A stretch of 64,000 nt of DNA. Source: the human T2T-CHM13v2.0 reference genome, Homo sapiens. The notes beneath the pieces are model-generated. The model did no database searches and had not been told where the DNA came from. It was given only the letters and a program-made list of their open reading frames with translations. Every line of letters starts with the position of its first letter. Positions within the stretch are counted from its first letter, which is position 1. A program made the position numbers and the translations under genes. Below, piece after piece: positions 1-14,699 of this stretch. The stretch is from NCBI RefSeq assembly GCF_009914755.1, contig NC_060928.1; one strand, 5' to 3'.

Positions 1-749
1 AAAATAAAATAATGAGACAAACACAAAGTGTTTTATTCCAATGAATAATAATCACACTTTAATATAATAACAAACATACAATACATTAAAGTTAGAACAC
101 TACTTTGATAAGACAATCATACTCAAGCTAAGATACAAGGTACAGACATACTGAAATTGTAAAGTGACCATTTTAATGTTTGATATTTACTTCTCTTATT
201 GGCACAAGACTAATAAGATAGATGGGTTGTATTACTCTTAAAATCTAAGACTTCTCCTCTAGCTCAGGGAAAATACTGGTGGAAACCTGTTTTACCCAAA
301 AGCAGCTTTAATATCTGTTTAACCAGGTTATTCTATAATAAGAACTCCATTTTAATGCACGTTATCCATTACAAATGTGTGAGATATTCTATAAAACACA
401 TATTTAAAGGTCCCTATCCTCATATAAAACATTGTTTAGTGAATATGCTACAGCTTTATTTCTATGTTTGAAAATCTCAACAAACGTTTTAAATCACAAC
501 TGATTTTTTTTCTTTCTGCCAAAATGCAAGCTTAGTGATCTGGGGGTCACATACAATCATAATTTATTTTCCCATAGTCTGGAAGTTAGCCAAGAAGTCA
601 GAAGAAAATAAGCCCTGGGTTGTTGAAAATAGTGGTCAAAATATTTACTTTATCAAAATTTAATAAATCTATAAAACTCACCCAAAGTTGCTTTTGTTTT
701 ACAAAGAGTTGTACGTTGATTATCTTATTTCTAAAATCATAATAGGCCC

Positions 750-1957
750 TGAATTACAAAACAGGCATAAAATTTTATTAAGTTTTTTATTGCACTCAAG
801 TATAGTTAAAGCTGAAGAGAATAAACATAGTATTTACCCTTGCAGAGGACTAGCTTAGTAATATCTTCTTTTATACAATACTCTCTTGCTATTACTTGCA
901 AATACAGTATACTCTAAGCCCTTGTTTTGTGTAAAAAGAATTAGAAACAGTGCGATTAAGTTCTCTATATACATTTTTTAAGGTCTCCAATGTGTTAAGT
1001 GGCACCCACTCTTTAAAAACTCCACAATTTGAGTTTTTAATCTTCCATTTTTTTATATCCTTGGACTGATGTGATGATCCCCGGAATATGATCCAGGGCC
1101 TGTTTGTTAATTAGATATATAGTTCATTTTCTTAAGTCCAAGTATCACTAGCTATTGACAATTTCTGAAATGGAAGAAGGCTGGAGTAATATGCATATAA
1201 CCGCCTTGATAAGAGATCATCAGGGGCTACTCCTGAGAAGGAGGCAGTCTTAACATAGCCTTAGAAGGTGTGTAATGTTCTAAATATCTCAGGGTGAGAG
1301 GGCAGTATTGACCTTTCATCCTATCACTTTTCTGTAACAAGTCCATGTACTATGGAGAAGAGAAGTGACTTGTGAGTCCTTTGCCAGGGGTAAGTGGGGG
1401 GGAGGGGGGCAATTTATCTTTATGAAGTGTTCATTCTAATGACCAGTGGACATTCAACATAGTGGATTTCCTGAATGAGCATCATCCTGGTTTCAGAAAA
1501 CATATTAGTTGCTCTTTGCTAAGCCATATTCATATTTTATGTCAATATCAGTAACAAGTTAGCCAATTACAATAGCCAAAATTAAAAAGTTAACCCATTA
1601 GTTGAAGAACATAGACCTTTTTAAATATAATATGAATAACTTTACTAGGAGCTTTATTTCTTTCCAATCCAAAAGAAAACATAAGATAGTGACTTTATTA
1701 TTTTTTCCTGAATAAACAAGAGGGTATATTGAAATAACAAAAAATAGATATTATAAATATGCTATAATCCAAAGACAGCATAAATGATAAAACAATAGTA
1801 CTAATACACTTAAAATGAAAATTGATATTTTACTGCTTCCCTGGGTGATCTCACACTCACTTTTATCCTATCTTTAGCATATTTTTATATGAACTATTCC
1901 TTAAGCAAAAGAAATAGAAATTTTGATTTTCAAGGTATTTAGAATTACTTTACTGTT
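750..1957 (-). other. ASB5: ASB5 3' UTR (extent inferred)
   Basis: AT-rich unique sequence after the stop codon, running to paired AATAAA signals. Confidence 0.65.
774..791 (-). terminator. Tandem polyadenylation signals
   Basis: Minus-strand AATAAA at 791-786 and 779-774, followed by GU-rich TGCCTGTTTTGT. More proximal AATAAA at 1699-1694 and 1658-1653. Confidence 0.6.
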
Positions 1958-2085
1958 TTATCGATACTGTAAGAAATTCTTCAGTAACGTTGGCAGCTGG
2001 AGTTGTGGGATAAGGTGCAATCTTGGTTTTCCTATGTAGCTTCGGATACAGAGTCGGCAAAGTTGGTAAAGAGAGCTTGGGGTAG
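1958..2085 (-). CDS. ASB5: ASB5 coding exon 7, SOCS box (ATPSSLYQLCRLCIRSYIG...LQLPTLLKNFLQYR*)
   Basis: Acceptor TGTAG|, 128 nt to TAA at 1960-1958. BC box SLYQLCRLCI and LPxx Cullin-5 box. All seven exons sum to 990 nt. Confidence 0.97.
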
Positions 2086-2711
2086 CTACAAGAAGACATG
2101 AATCTATTTGTTAATTAAAATAGAAATGAATTTTTTATGTTGTAAGGTACATAACATAAAACCATAAAAACTACAATGCTTTGTAGTAAACCTAGGATAG
2201 CATGACCACTATACTAGGGAAATTTATGTAAGCAGTTATATTGCTTTTATTTATAAGATCTTATTATAATTGAGATATATTCCATATACATTCCTTAAAA
2301 TATTATAATCCTCAGGCTTAGGAAATAATTGTTGAATTTAAAGCCTCAGAAACAAAGTCTGCTTTTTGAAGGAGATATAAATCAAAAGTCCTGAGAAGTA
2401 TTATGCACTAAAAGGGGAAATTTTAAAATTAAGTTTAATATTTACCCTAAAAGAAATATTATAGTCCCTGGACTAGGATTAAGAAATCCTATTTTAGAAC
2501 AAAAGTCTCAAATGTAAAAATATTTACTAATTTTATTTCTATAATATGTTATAGAAGGTTCATGTCCTTATAAAATGGGGCATGCTCCAAATATAAATCA
2601 GCAGATATTATACCAGAAGTGCATATAATGCATTACTGAAACTAATTGAATATATTTAACCAAAAATATATGAGAGTTTAGGTAAGATGAAAGAGAAAAT
2701 TAAAATTATCA

Positions 2712-3006
<295 letters not shown>

Positions 3007-3175
3007 GATATCTTCTTTATAGATAAAACCTAAGTTAAAAATCATCTACTTTCACAAATAATATTCCACATTTTATGCCATTGTTACTTTCCATGCCAAC
3101 AAAAACTCTCTCACTTTCATCTATTTTAGGCAAATATATTTTGTTTTTGTAAGTTTCCACATGTATTTTTCTTAC

Positions 3176-3367
3176 CTTCATGTTGAAGCAATATCCTTTC
3201 CACCATACTGCTAGACGTAGCTACATCTATAGGTCGCAGAAGCTCTGTATTTTTGGCATTGATATCTGCTCCAAATTCTAGCAGTAAGTTTACAATTTCT
3301 GTGCTGGATTGTTGAGCAGCAGCATGTAATGGAGTATCCCAATATTTGCCTTTCTGTACGTCAGCAC
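3176..3367 (-). CDS. ASB5: ASB5 coding exon 6 (GADVQKGKYWDTPLHAAA...RILLQHE)
   Basis: Acceptor TGTAG|, donor AAG|GTAAGA. 192 nt. TPLHAAA and GADINAKN ankyrin motifs. Confidence 0.97.
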
Positions 3368-4481
3368 CTACATGTAATACGGAGTGAAGATAAATATAAA
3401 TAAAAGTTGTTAAATAAGCCAGCTGCCTCAGTGGGGATAGAAAAGGAAAGGCAATAGAGGAAGGTTATTAAGGGGACTTCAACTCTATTTGTTATGAGTT
3501 ATTTCTTTATATACATATACAGTATCTACATACACATATATGCCTCATATGTACATATACATATATATAAACTGGGCACATCTGAATGGCAGAGGGTACA
3601 TACATTTGTTATGTGACTCTCTGATACTTTTCTGTATGCTTGAACTATCATAATAAAATTCTTTTTAACTTTTAAATGATTCCAAAAGTAACCATACTAA
3701 CTACTATTATAAAGAGTGCACAATTAAGTTCACTCATTTTTATTTTCATCATGGTTGATAGCTTTTAGAATTATTCAGGTGCTTATTTCTATTATTCTTT
3801 TCATTTATTTAAGGCAATGAAGCTCTTTGGTTTTCTTGGGAAACTCATGAATATGTGAGCTATTTAGGTAAAATGTATATAGATTTTCCTGCCATTTCTC
3901 ACTTATGTAGTTTAAGTCAGTAAGTATATAAAGATATTGAGCATTTTAAATCAAAAGGCACATTGATGATATCTGCATGAAAGGAAAGCTTTTAAAAATG
4001 CTTATGTTAAAATACAGCCTACATGCTACATTACCTATTGCATACTTACTTTATCCCAGTGCAAAGCCTGGCACATGCTGGTCATTCAATGCATTTGCAA
4101 TAAATAAATGCTGTTTAGTACTGTTAAAAATAACCATCCCATTTTCTGGTACATAAACGGTTACAATACCAGAAATGTCTACCAATAAAAATGCATAAGT
4201 TCTTTTCAACTCTGTTTTCCGATACTATCTTTAAAACTAATGATGTCTTCATGAAGCAGTACAGTTAAAGTGTCCCTTTATGGCCCTTCTGCTCCTTTCA
4301 AATTTCAATAAATGTAATCATTTTCAATATTTTTAAAACAAATATAAAATGTTTCGTGAAAAAATTATATTCCATAACAAAATTTCCATAAAGAAAGCAT
4401 AAACTTTGTTGGTTATGTCAATTTTATGGAAGAAAAGGGTCTGAAAATAACAATCAATCAACAATTACTAACAGTAATTTC

Positions 4482-6677
4482 TATATATATATATTTGTAT
4501 GATATATAAATATATATATTTGTATGATATATAAATATATATATTTGTATGATATATAAATATATATATATTTGTATGATATATAAATATATATATTTGT
4601 ATGATATATATATTTGTATGATATATAAATATATATATTTGTATGATATATAAATATACATGTATGATATATAAATATATATTTGTATGATATATAAATA
4701 TATATATATTTGTATGATATATAAATATATATATATTTGTATGATATATATATTTGTATGATATATAAATATATATTTGTATGACATATAAATATATATT
4801 TGTATGACATATAAATATATATATTTGTATGACATATAAATATATATATTTGTATGACATATAAATATATATGTATGATATATAAATATATATTTGTATG
4901 ATATATAAATATATATATTTGTATGATATATAAATATATATATTTGTATGATATATAAATATATATATTTGTATGATATATAAATATATATATTTGTATG
5001 ATATATAAATATATATATTTGTATGATATATAAATATATATATTTGTATGATATATAAATATATATATGTATGATATATAAATATATATATTTGTATGAT
5101 ATATAAATATATATATTTGTATGATATATAAATATATATATTTGTATGATATATAAATATATATATATTTGTATGATATATAAATATATATATATTTGTA
5201 TGATATATAAATATATATATTTGTATGATATACAAATATATATTTGTATGATATATAAATATATATATTTGTATGATATATAAATATATATATTTGTATG
5301 ATATATAAATATATATATTTGTATGATATATAAATATATATATATTTGTATGATATATAAATATATATATATTTGTATGATATATAAATATATATATTTG
5401 TATGATATATAAATATATATATATTTGTATGATATATAAATATATATATATTTGTATGATATATAAATATATATATTTGTATGATATATAAATATATATG
5501 TATGATATATAAATATATATTTGTATGATATATAAATATATATATTTGTATGATATATAAATATATATATTTGTATGATATATAAATATATATATTTGTA
5601 TGATATATAAATATATATATTTGTATGATATATAAATATATATATTTGTATGATATATAAATATATATATATTTGTATGATATATAAATATATATATTTG
5701 TATGATATATATATTTGTATGATATATAAATATATATATTTGTATGATATATAAATATATATGTATGATATATAAATATATATTTGTATGATATATAAAT
5801 ATATATATTTGTATGATATATAAATATATATATTTGTATGATATATAAATATATATATATTTGTATGATATATAAATATATATATTTGTATGATATATAT
5901 ATTTGTATGATATATAAATATATATATTTGTATGATATATAAATATATATGTATGATATATAAATATATATTTGTATGATATATAAATATATATATTTGT
6001 ATGATATATAAATATATATATATTTGTATGATATATAAATATATATATATTTGTATGATATATAAATATATATATTTGTATGATATATATATTTGTATGA
6101 TATATAAATATATATATTTGTATGATATATAAATATATATGTATGATATATAAATATATATTTGTATGATATATAAATATATATATATTTGTATGATATA
6201 TAAATATATATATATTTGTATGATATATATATTTGTATGATATATAAATATATATTTGTATGACATATAAATATATATTTGTATGACATATAAATATATA
6301 TATTTGTATGACATATAAATATATATATTTGTATGATATATAAATATATATGTATGATATATAAATATATATTTGTATGATATATAAATATATATATTTG
6401 TATGATATATAAATATATATATTTGTATGATATATAAATATATATATTTGTATGATAGATAAATATATATATTTGTATGATATATAAATATATATATGTA
6501 TGATAGATAAATATATATATTTGTATGATAGATAAATATATATATTTGTATGATATATAAATATATATATTTGTATGATATATAAATATATATATTTGTA
6601 TGATATATAAATATATATATTTGTATGATATATAAATATATATATGTATGATATATAAATATATATATATTTGTATG

Positions 6678-6710
<33 letters not shown>
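4482..6710. repeat. AT-rich minisatellite/VNTR, unit approx. TTTGTATGATATATAAA(TA)n, about 18-28 bp
   Basis: About 2.2 kb of directly visible tandem units, ending in pure (TA)n. Confidence 0.98.
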
Positions 6711-6938
6711 GGCTGGAGTACAGTGGCACGATCTCGGCTCACTGTTACCTCCACCTCCCGGGTTCAAGTTGCCTCAGCCTCTCGAGCAGCTGGGACTACA
6801 GGCACATGCCACCATGCCTAGCTAATTTTTGTATTTTTAATAGAGACAGGGTTTCACTATGTTGGCCAGGCTGGTCTCAAACTCCTGACCTCAAGTGATC
6901 CACTTGCCTAGGCCTTCCAAAGTGCTGGGATTACAGGC
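6711..6938 (-). mobile_element. Alu, truncated at both ends, abutting the minisatellite
   Basis: GGCTGGAGTACAGTGG...CAAAGTGCTGGGATTACAGG. The 3' end and A-tail are replaced by the TA repeat. Confidence 0.92.
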
Positions 6939-7016
6939 CCATATATTTTAAAACCCAGTATAAAATGTTTTGTGGAAAGAATAATATTCCTAGCAAAGGA
7001 ATGAAAGGCTCTAAAG

Positions 7017-7241
7017 CAGGGGTGTCCAATCGTTTGGTTTCCCTTGGCCACACTGGAAGAAGAAGAATTGTCTTGGGCCACACATATAATACACTAACAC
7101 TAATGATAGCTGATAAGCTAAAACAAACAAACAAACAAAAAACTTATAATGTTTTAAGAAAGTTTATGAATTTTGATTGGGCTGCATTCAAAGCCATCCT
7201 GGGCCTCATGGGGCCCACAGGCCGCAGGTTGGACAAGCTTG
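7017..7241 (+). mobile_element. MER30 (hAT-Charlie MITE)
   Basis: Termini CAGGGGTGTCCAA...TTGGACAAGCTTG, internal GAAGAAGAATTGTCTTGGGCCACACA, degenerate 8-bp TSD CTCTAAAG/CTAGAAAG. Confidence 0.85.
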
Positions 7242-8246
7242 CTAGAAAGCATAAACTCTATTGATCATACAAAATTCATGGGAGGGAGAACATAGCCAAA
7301 AAATAACAATCTGTCAATGACTATTAACAGAACTCATGTCTAAGACTGAGTAGGTGTAATGAGAATGAAATAGTAGATGTAGACCCTGCTTGCAAGAAGT
7401 TTCTCAGCTAGCTAAGATAATGTGAGTAGTGCATAAAAGGGCTACTAAAAATAAAGGTCAGCATTTATCAGGGATCAAATGATTCTCATAAACAATAAAT
7501 AGCATAGAACTCCATTTACTCATTTTATTTATATTCTAAACATCTATCAGATGAGAGGATGAGAGAGAGGAACGACGCTAAAGAAAAGAGGGATGGGAAA
7601 AAAAGGTATGATCCAAATCGTAAGGGGACTCTGAGTCCTATGGTAAGTGGGACCACTATGGCCTCAGTGGGTTAGGAATGTTTTTCAGGGGACTAAAGCT
7701 GAATTTACTTGAAACAAACCTTGAGGAATTGATTTGTTTCAAGTAAGTGGAAAAGGGCAGTAAGTCTTTTCAAGTAAGCAGGACAGAAAGTACAAAGTCT
7801 AGAAAAGTGCATGAGTTTTTAAGGTTAGCAGAAGACGAGGTTGTCCAAGCAGTTACTATCCTGAAAATTTCTTCTGATGGATTTGTTCCAAGACATATAC
7901 ATACTTGGCAACATCATATTCAATCTTGAGGATCCTAATTTTATGATAAAAGTAGAGCTTTCAGAATCCATTACATACCCAAATGTCTGCTAATGCAGTG
8001 CATGCAAAATATAGAGATTATGTATCTATCTGTGAGCTAGGAAGCCGACTTATCAAGAATGAGGTTCTTTTTTATTGCTTATCAAGAATGAGGTTCTTTT
8101 TTATTGGTTCTCTATTCATGTGTGAAAATGCTTAAAATAAGAACATTTTTTAGCAATGAGATCTAATTTTTAAAGATGCTCATTTAGAGAAATAAATAAC
8201 TGCTTGTGTGTATGGACAGAATGGAAGATGTTTTAAAGGAAAATAC

Positions 8247-8381
8247 CAGCATAAAGAAGCTTCCAGATGCAATGGAATTGCTGTGACATACAAGCTACAT
8301 AGAGAGGAGTTCCCAAATGAGGAATTTCTTGGTCAACATCTATGCCCCAGGATATCAGGATGTCAAGACATTCATGGTGAC
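8247..8381 (-). CDS. ASB5: ASB5 coding exon 5 (GHHECLDILISWGIDVDQEIPHLGTPLYVAC...KLLYA)
   Basis: Acceptor GGCAG|, donor CTG|GTATTT. 135 nt, phase 1 to 1. Confidence 0.96.
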
Positions 8382-8541
8382 CTGCCAACACAAAGTAGAG
8401 GAGTTTAACTTAATGCCCATCCACCCCACACACCTCACCCCAGGCTTCCCTTGTGGTGTCATTCATTGAAAGATCAACAGAGCACTGCAGGTTGCTAAAG
8501 AAACTTTCTTCCCTTGTCACTTAATCCCAGAACTAAGTTAC

Positions 8542-8692
8542 CTTTACTGGCGGCCTCATGCGTTGGGGATGGAAGACATGACTCCAGCTGGGCTTTGGCA
8601 CCATACTCCAGAAGCAGCTCTGCACAGCTTGGACTGCCTTGGGAGCATGCGTTGAATAACGGAGTCACGCCATCTATCGTGATTGCATTTAC
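8542..8692 (-). CDS. ASB5: ASB5 coding exon 4 (VNAITIDGVTPLFNAC...SPTHEAASK)
   Basis: Acceptor TTTAG|, donor AAG|GTAACT. 151 nt, frame continuous with exons 3 and 5. Confidence 0.97.
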
Positions 8693-9404
8693 CTAAACCA
8701 AACCAAAATATCCAAAACTAAGATTCATAAGTCATACATGAGTAACCGACTTAGGCATTGTCAAAAGGTATGTGATTTGCTAACAGAAATACGTAGGAAA
8801 ATGTGCACAGTAAATATGACAAAGTATACTTTGCTCTTATGCATTAACAAGAAAAGCTGTAAAACAGACAGAAATATGATATGGCAGATAATTCATTGGA
8901 ATGGGCATAAAACTAGTGGAAATCATGAAAAAATGCATGCTCAAATGGCAAATAAGATCTAATTCAATGATTAGATACTTTTCAGTAAGAGTAAAAATGA
9001 AGAAAAAAGTGTAATGATGATGAAGTTGTAATGAAGCCACATTGCTAGTTTAAAGTGGTAAAATTGGTAGTTCTATTTCTGAGACTTTATTTAAGGAAAA
9101 TCATCCAAAAGATGGGCAAACGTTATAGACCTAAAGATGTTCATCGATTGCTATTTACAGTCATGAAAGCAGGAAATAACCTACAGAATAGTCTATATTA
9201 TGATGCAGCATGCTACCCATTTATGCAATGATTGGAAATCCTTTTTAGAGTGCAATAAGAAGACTAAGGAATTCAAGAGCTTTATTTTTATTCTGCTATT
9301 TTTGAAAACTACCGAGAATGAAGGAAAGAAAAGTAAAATGAGAACTCTGTTGGATTCTCTCCGTCAGTAGATGTTAAATGATTAATGTTTTGAAAGGTAC
9401 TTAC

Positions 9405-9512
9405 ATTAGCTCCTGCTTCCAGCAGAGTTCTGGCACATGCCACGTGATCTCCAAGGCAGGCTTCGTGCAATGGGGTGACATGGTCTAAGGTTACTGCATT
9501 TACATTATAACC
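9405..9512 (-). CDS. ASB5: ASB5 coding exon 3 (GYNVNAVTLDHVTPLHEACLGDHVACARTLLEAGAN)
   Basis: Acceptor TTTAG|, donor AAT|GTAAGT. 108 nt. TPLHEA ankyrin motif. Confidence 0.97.
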
Positions 9513-9695
9513 CTAAATGTGGCATAATTTTGAAAGGTGAGCAAAGAGTTATATACTTAAAAAATCATCTATATGGATGTCACTAGAGAGTGATATATTT
9601 TAGAGATCAAAGAATCTCAGGCAAACGAGTTTCCAGTTTAGCAGGATAGGCCAGTTCAAATGCCATATCGTCAATCCGTTGTTCAGACTCCTTAG

Positions 9696-10168
<473 letters not shown>

Positions 10169-10284
10169 AACTTGTTTTGATTGAGGCTATAAAATTATAG
10201 GTCAGCCAAGAATGGGAGAAAAATACTCTAAACTATAGTAAACAGTTTTGTGAACTTTTGTCCCTAAATAGGTATGATGAAGTT

Positions 10285-10460
10285 GTGCACTAGTGGTTAA
10301 GAACTCTGACTATAAAATCAGTTAGACTTGGGTTTGAAGTGTGGCTCCATCACGAATAGTTTTGATTTGGACAAATACCTTAACCTCTAAATTTGAAGAT
10401 TATCATGACAATTAAATGAGATCATGCATGTAAAGCAATTATCATTATAATGCCCAGCAT
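10285..10460. mobile_element. MIR fragment
   Basis: AGTGGTTAAGAAC...AGACTTGGGTTTGAA...ATTAAATGAGATCATGCATGTAAAGCA core. Confidence 0.65.
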
Positions 10461-11312
10461 ATGAAGACATCATTTTATTGTAATTATTCAATCAAAACTA
10501 AGTAAACACTTTTTCACTGTATTCCAATCAAACTCAAAATATCACACTAAAATAATTAAATACTATTAGGATGTGAGATTGTTTGCCTTCTTGATATCTT
10601 TGGTATTTCATTGTCTATTGACAATCATACTAAGCACTGTAACAGGAAGAACCTCAAAGCCAAATCTTCATAACATATTACAGATCACCAAAATCTGTAA
10701 CACCAATATAGACAAGAAGAATTTTTAAATGAAGGCAAGAAAACATAATCCTTTCAAAGATTTTGAGTTGGCTAGCCAGCAGTCAGACCTGGGAAGCTAA
10801 TCCCACACTGCCACACACTAGAGGGACCAGATGTCAGAAGCACCTGAGAAGGCCAAGACTCCCTTTCACGTTGGGCTCTGGGGACAGCCTCTCGTGATTC
10901 TTGGCTGAACTGTCAGTGGATTAGAGACACACACTGAAAAATGTCCTAAGACTGCTCTTCTTCAAAGAACCACACGGCCCTTTCTGAGGAATTACCCTTT
11001 AGAATTTGTTGACCCCTTTTTAGTGTTTATTTTCCTCCCATCAAGTGATGAACAAAACAAAACAGTCACATGGTTATCACAGAACTGGAAGGCCCTAAGG
11101 AAGTGTCTCACTCTACAGATGAGAAAAGGAGGCTCAGGTAGGTTGTGATTCACCTCAAGTGCCAGCCTAGGATCCAGGTCTTGAGACCCAGGCAATGCTT
11201 TTTAAATTGGGCAACATGACCTTTCCTTTCTTCGTAGCCATCTGAGAATGTTCTTTCTCCTTGAGACTGGGAAACAGTAGCGCATGACTTCCAGATCTGG
11301 ATGTGCATTTGA

Positions 11313-11832
<520 letters not shown>

Positions 11833-12350
11833 TAAGGATTTGTGTTTTTTATTTTTCCTCTGGTGAGTCTGATGAACAGGCAAATATAGAAATGATTGTC
11901 CTGTAGCTTTGTTAGGCAATTGCCCATAGCATATTACAGATCACCACAATGTTAAAAAAGATTGCTTTGGCATCTGAACTGGTGACTTCTTTTTGGATAT
12001 GTTATTATTGAACTAAGTCTGTAATTAGCTGCACATATTGTGCAGAGTTAAGCATATTTAGAAAGCTCAATCAATAACACATAAATCCAATCATTACTTC
12101 TTTAAATGTCTATCGATGAACAAATATGCTGTCTGAGAAATCTGAAATACTAAGACATACAATTATATCAAAATATTTATAAAAGAAGTTTCAAAGATAA
12201 GTGAGAAACTATTGACTTCTCTGACATGAGTTAAAATAAAAGGGCAGAAGTAAAATGTAAGTGGTTTTATCATATTTGCATTGATTGGTTTTGACCATGT
12301 TCTGTGCACATGGAAAGGGGGTATATTTTAAACTATATGTAATATATTAC

Positions 12351-12430
12351 CTGTGATAATAATGTTCTCAGAGCAAGAAGGCGACCTTGACTTGCTGCTT
12401 CATGTAGTGGTGATCGATCTGCCCAGGAAC
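12351..12430 (-). CDS. ASB5: ASB5 coding exon 2 (GSWADRSPLHEAASQGRLLALRTLLSQ, ankyrin repeat)
   Basis: Long polypyrimidine tract with acceptor GACAG| and donor CAG|GTAATA. 80 nt, phase 1 to 0. SPLHEAA ankyrin motif. Confidence 0.97.
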
Positions 12431-12679
12431 CTGTCAAAAAAGAAAAAAAGAAAGAAAAGAAAACAAAAATCCAAGAGTCAAAGTGAATCCCAGTAGACAC
12501 AATCAATACCAAGATCACATAAATTATTCACACTCAGTGTTCAACAGGGTGAGCCAGATACTTACACTGTACATTAGGAAATTTGACTCTTATTGCAGGA
12601 ACCAGATAGGCAGTTCCCAACATGAGCCATGATGCATGCTCTGGAATTGACCCACCCCAGACTTACTGTGCCTTTTTAA

Positions 12680-12978
12680 ATTTTTTTATTTTATTTAATA
12701 GATGGAGTCTCGCCCTGTTGCCCAGGCTGGAGTGCAGTGGCATGATCTCAGCTCAGTACAACCTCTGTCTCCCATGTCAAGAGATTATCCCGCCTCAGTT
12801 TCTCGAGTAGCAGGGACTACAGGCGCACACCACCACGCCCGGATCATTTTTGTATTTTTAGTAGAGACAGGGTTTCACCATGTTGGCCAGGCTGGTCTTG
12901 AAGTCCTGACCTCAAGTGATCCACCTGCCTCGGTCTCCCAAAGTGCTGGGATTACAGGCGTGAGCCACCGCCCCCGGC
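12680..12978 (-). mobile_element. Alu (AluS-like)
   Basis: Reverse Alu consensus, TSD-like CTTACT(G/A)TGCCTTTT. Confidence 0.93.
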
Positions 12979-13135
12979 TTACTATGCCTTTTGAATTATC
13001 TGCACTCACTATTACCCCTAGTGACTCACTAGCAACATTTTTCTTCCAACCATTACCTTGTTGCTGCATTTATTTTGGAGATTAAGTATAGCTTAAGAAG
13101 ATGCATATAGGTGCCACGTTGACAAGGGATGGATT

Positions 13136-13717
13136 AGTGATGGTAAATTTCAGGTGTCAACCTGACTGAATTAAAGAACACCTAGAGAATGGGTAAAGCA
13201 TTGCTTATGAGTGTGTCTGTGAGGGTGTTTCCAGAGGAGATTGTCTTGTGAGTAGGTGGCTGAGTAGAGAGAGCTGCTTGCAGTATGGATGGGCACCATC
13301 ATATGGCTGGGGGCCTGGAGAGAACAAAAAAACCTCTCCTGGTGTTGGAACACTCTTCTCGAGTTGGGACACTCTCCTCCTCCTGCCCTTGGACATCAGA
13401 ACTCCAGGCTTTCTCTGACCTTGAGACTCTAGGACTTCAGTGGCCCCCTGGATTCTCAGGCCTTTGACCTCTGACTGAGAATTATATTGGCTTTCCTGGT
13501 TCTGAGGCTTTTGTACTTGGACTGAGCCATGCTACCTCATCCCAGGGTCTCCAGCTTGCAGACAGCCTGTTGAGGGACTTCTCAGCCTCCATAGTCATGT
13601 GAGCCAATTCCCCTAATCTCCTCTCATATAGCTGTGTCTTTCTCTGTCTATGTATCTAGGTATCTATCTATTTATCAGCTATTGGTTCTGTCTCTCTGGA
13701 GAACCCTGACTAATACA
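13136..13717 (+). mobile_element. MLT2-family (ERVL) solo LTR
   Basis: Start GTGATGGTAAATTT...TGTCAACCTGACTG, internal GTGAGGGTGTTTCCAGAGGAGATT, end GGAGAACCCTGACTAATACA. Confidence 0.85.
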
Positions 13718-14699
13718 CCTGACAGAGAAAAAGAGAATTAAGGTCACCAGATCAGCCACAAAAAAGTTCTGTTTCATGTTTTTTCACATTGAACCCCTCC
13801 TCTCAATTTTGTTTTGTCCCTTTAGCAGGAATAGCAGCTTGAATGCCCACCTCGCCACACTCCCAGCTCCTTCTGCTATTTCCTGTGGTCCCCCCACCCC
13901 AGCTTGCCTGGGCTCTGCGGTGTAGGGGCTGCAACATGTTGCCATGGAGGGCAAGTAGCTGAGCCCCGCGTCTGAAGTGAAGCATGAGCCCTGCTTCTGC
14001 ACCCAAGCTCTCCTGAATGACTCAACAGTGTCCTAGTGCTTAAGCATTCTATTGCCTGTTGCTATAAAACGGGTATCACCATTGTGGTAAGGAAAGACTT
14101 CCAAGACAGCTAGTTATCTCCCCTGCAGTAAAATCACTCTGCATAAACCAAAAGGCAAAACAAAGAAGACAATGAGTGGTCATGGCAGTCAGGGCTAGGA
14201 GCATCAGCTCTGGAGTTAGACCATATGACTCTCTAAATCATTACATTTCATCTAGATTTCATTTCCTCTAGTTGAGGATGGAAATAATAATTGTATATAC
14301 CTCAAGGAGATATGAGAAACTAAATCAGATAGTATACATTGTGCTTAGACTAGTGTACACACATAGTAAACACCATTCAACATTACCTGCTATTACCATT
14401 ACTTGTAAGTCAACAGAGAGAAGAGAGACTCTGCCTGCTTTCCCTTAGGATTTGTATTTCTGAGAAAATTCTGTAATATTACCAGATACAAAGGGATTGA
14501 TGACTGGTAAATGACTTCTGCCCTCTGCACCAGGCTGGAGTAACAACAATCTTAACATTGAGAAAAACCAACTTATTTAATGATAACCTGATTGCCTAAA
14601 TAAAAGCAGAGAACGCTTACACAGTCCTCACCATATGCCCATGTCCTGCCCTGGTTGCTGGGCATAAATTTACTTGTTTTATCCTCACCCTGATCCTTT

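Noticed and set aside
4482-6710. CRISPR-like repeat-spacer array
   Set aside because: There are no unique spacers or cas genes. It is a eukaryotic tandem repeat.
4458-6767. Three 750+ aa ORFs as protein-coding genes
   Set aside because: They are low-complexity translations of the minisatellite in all three frames, and their starts lie in an Alu.
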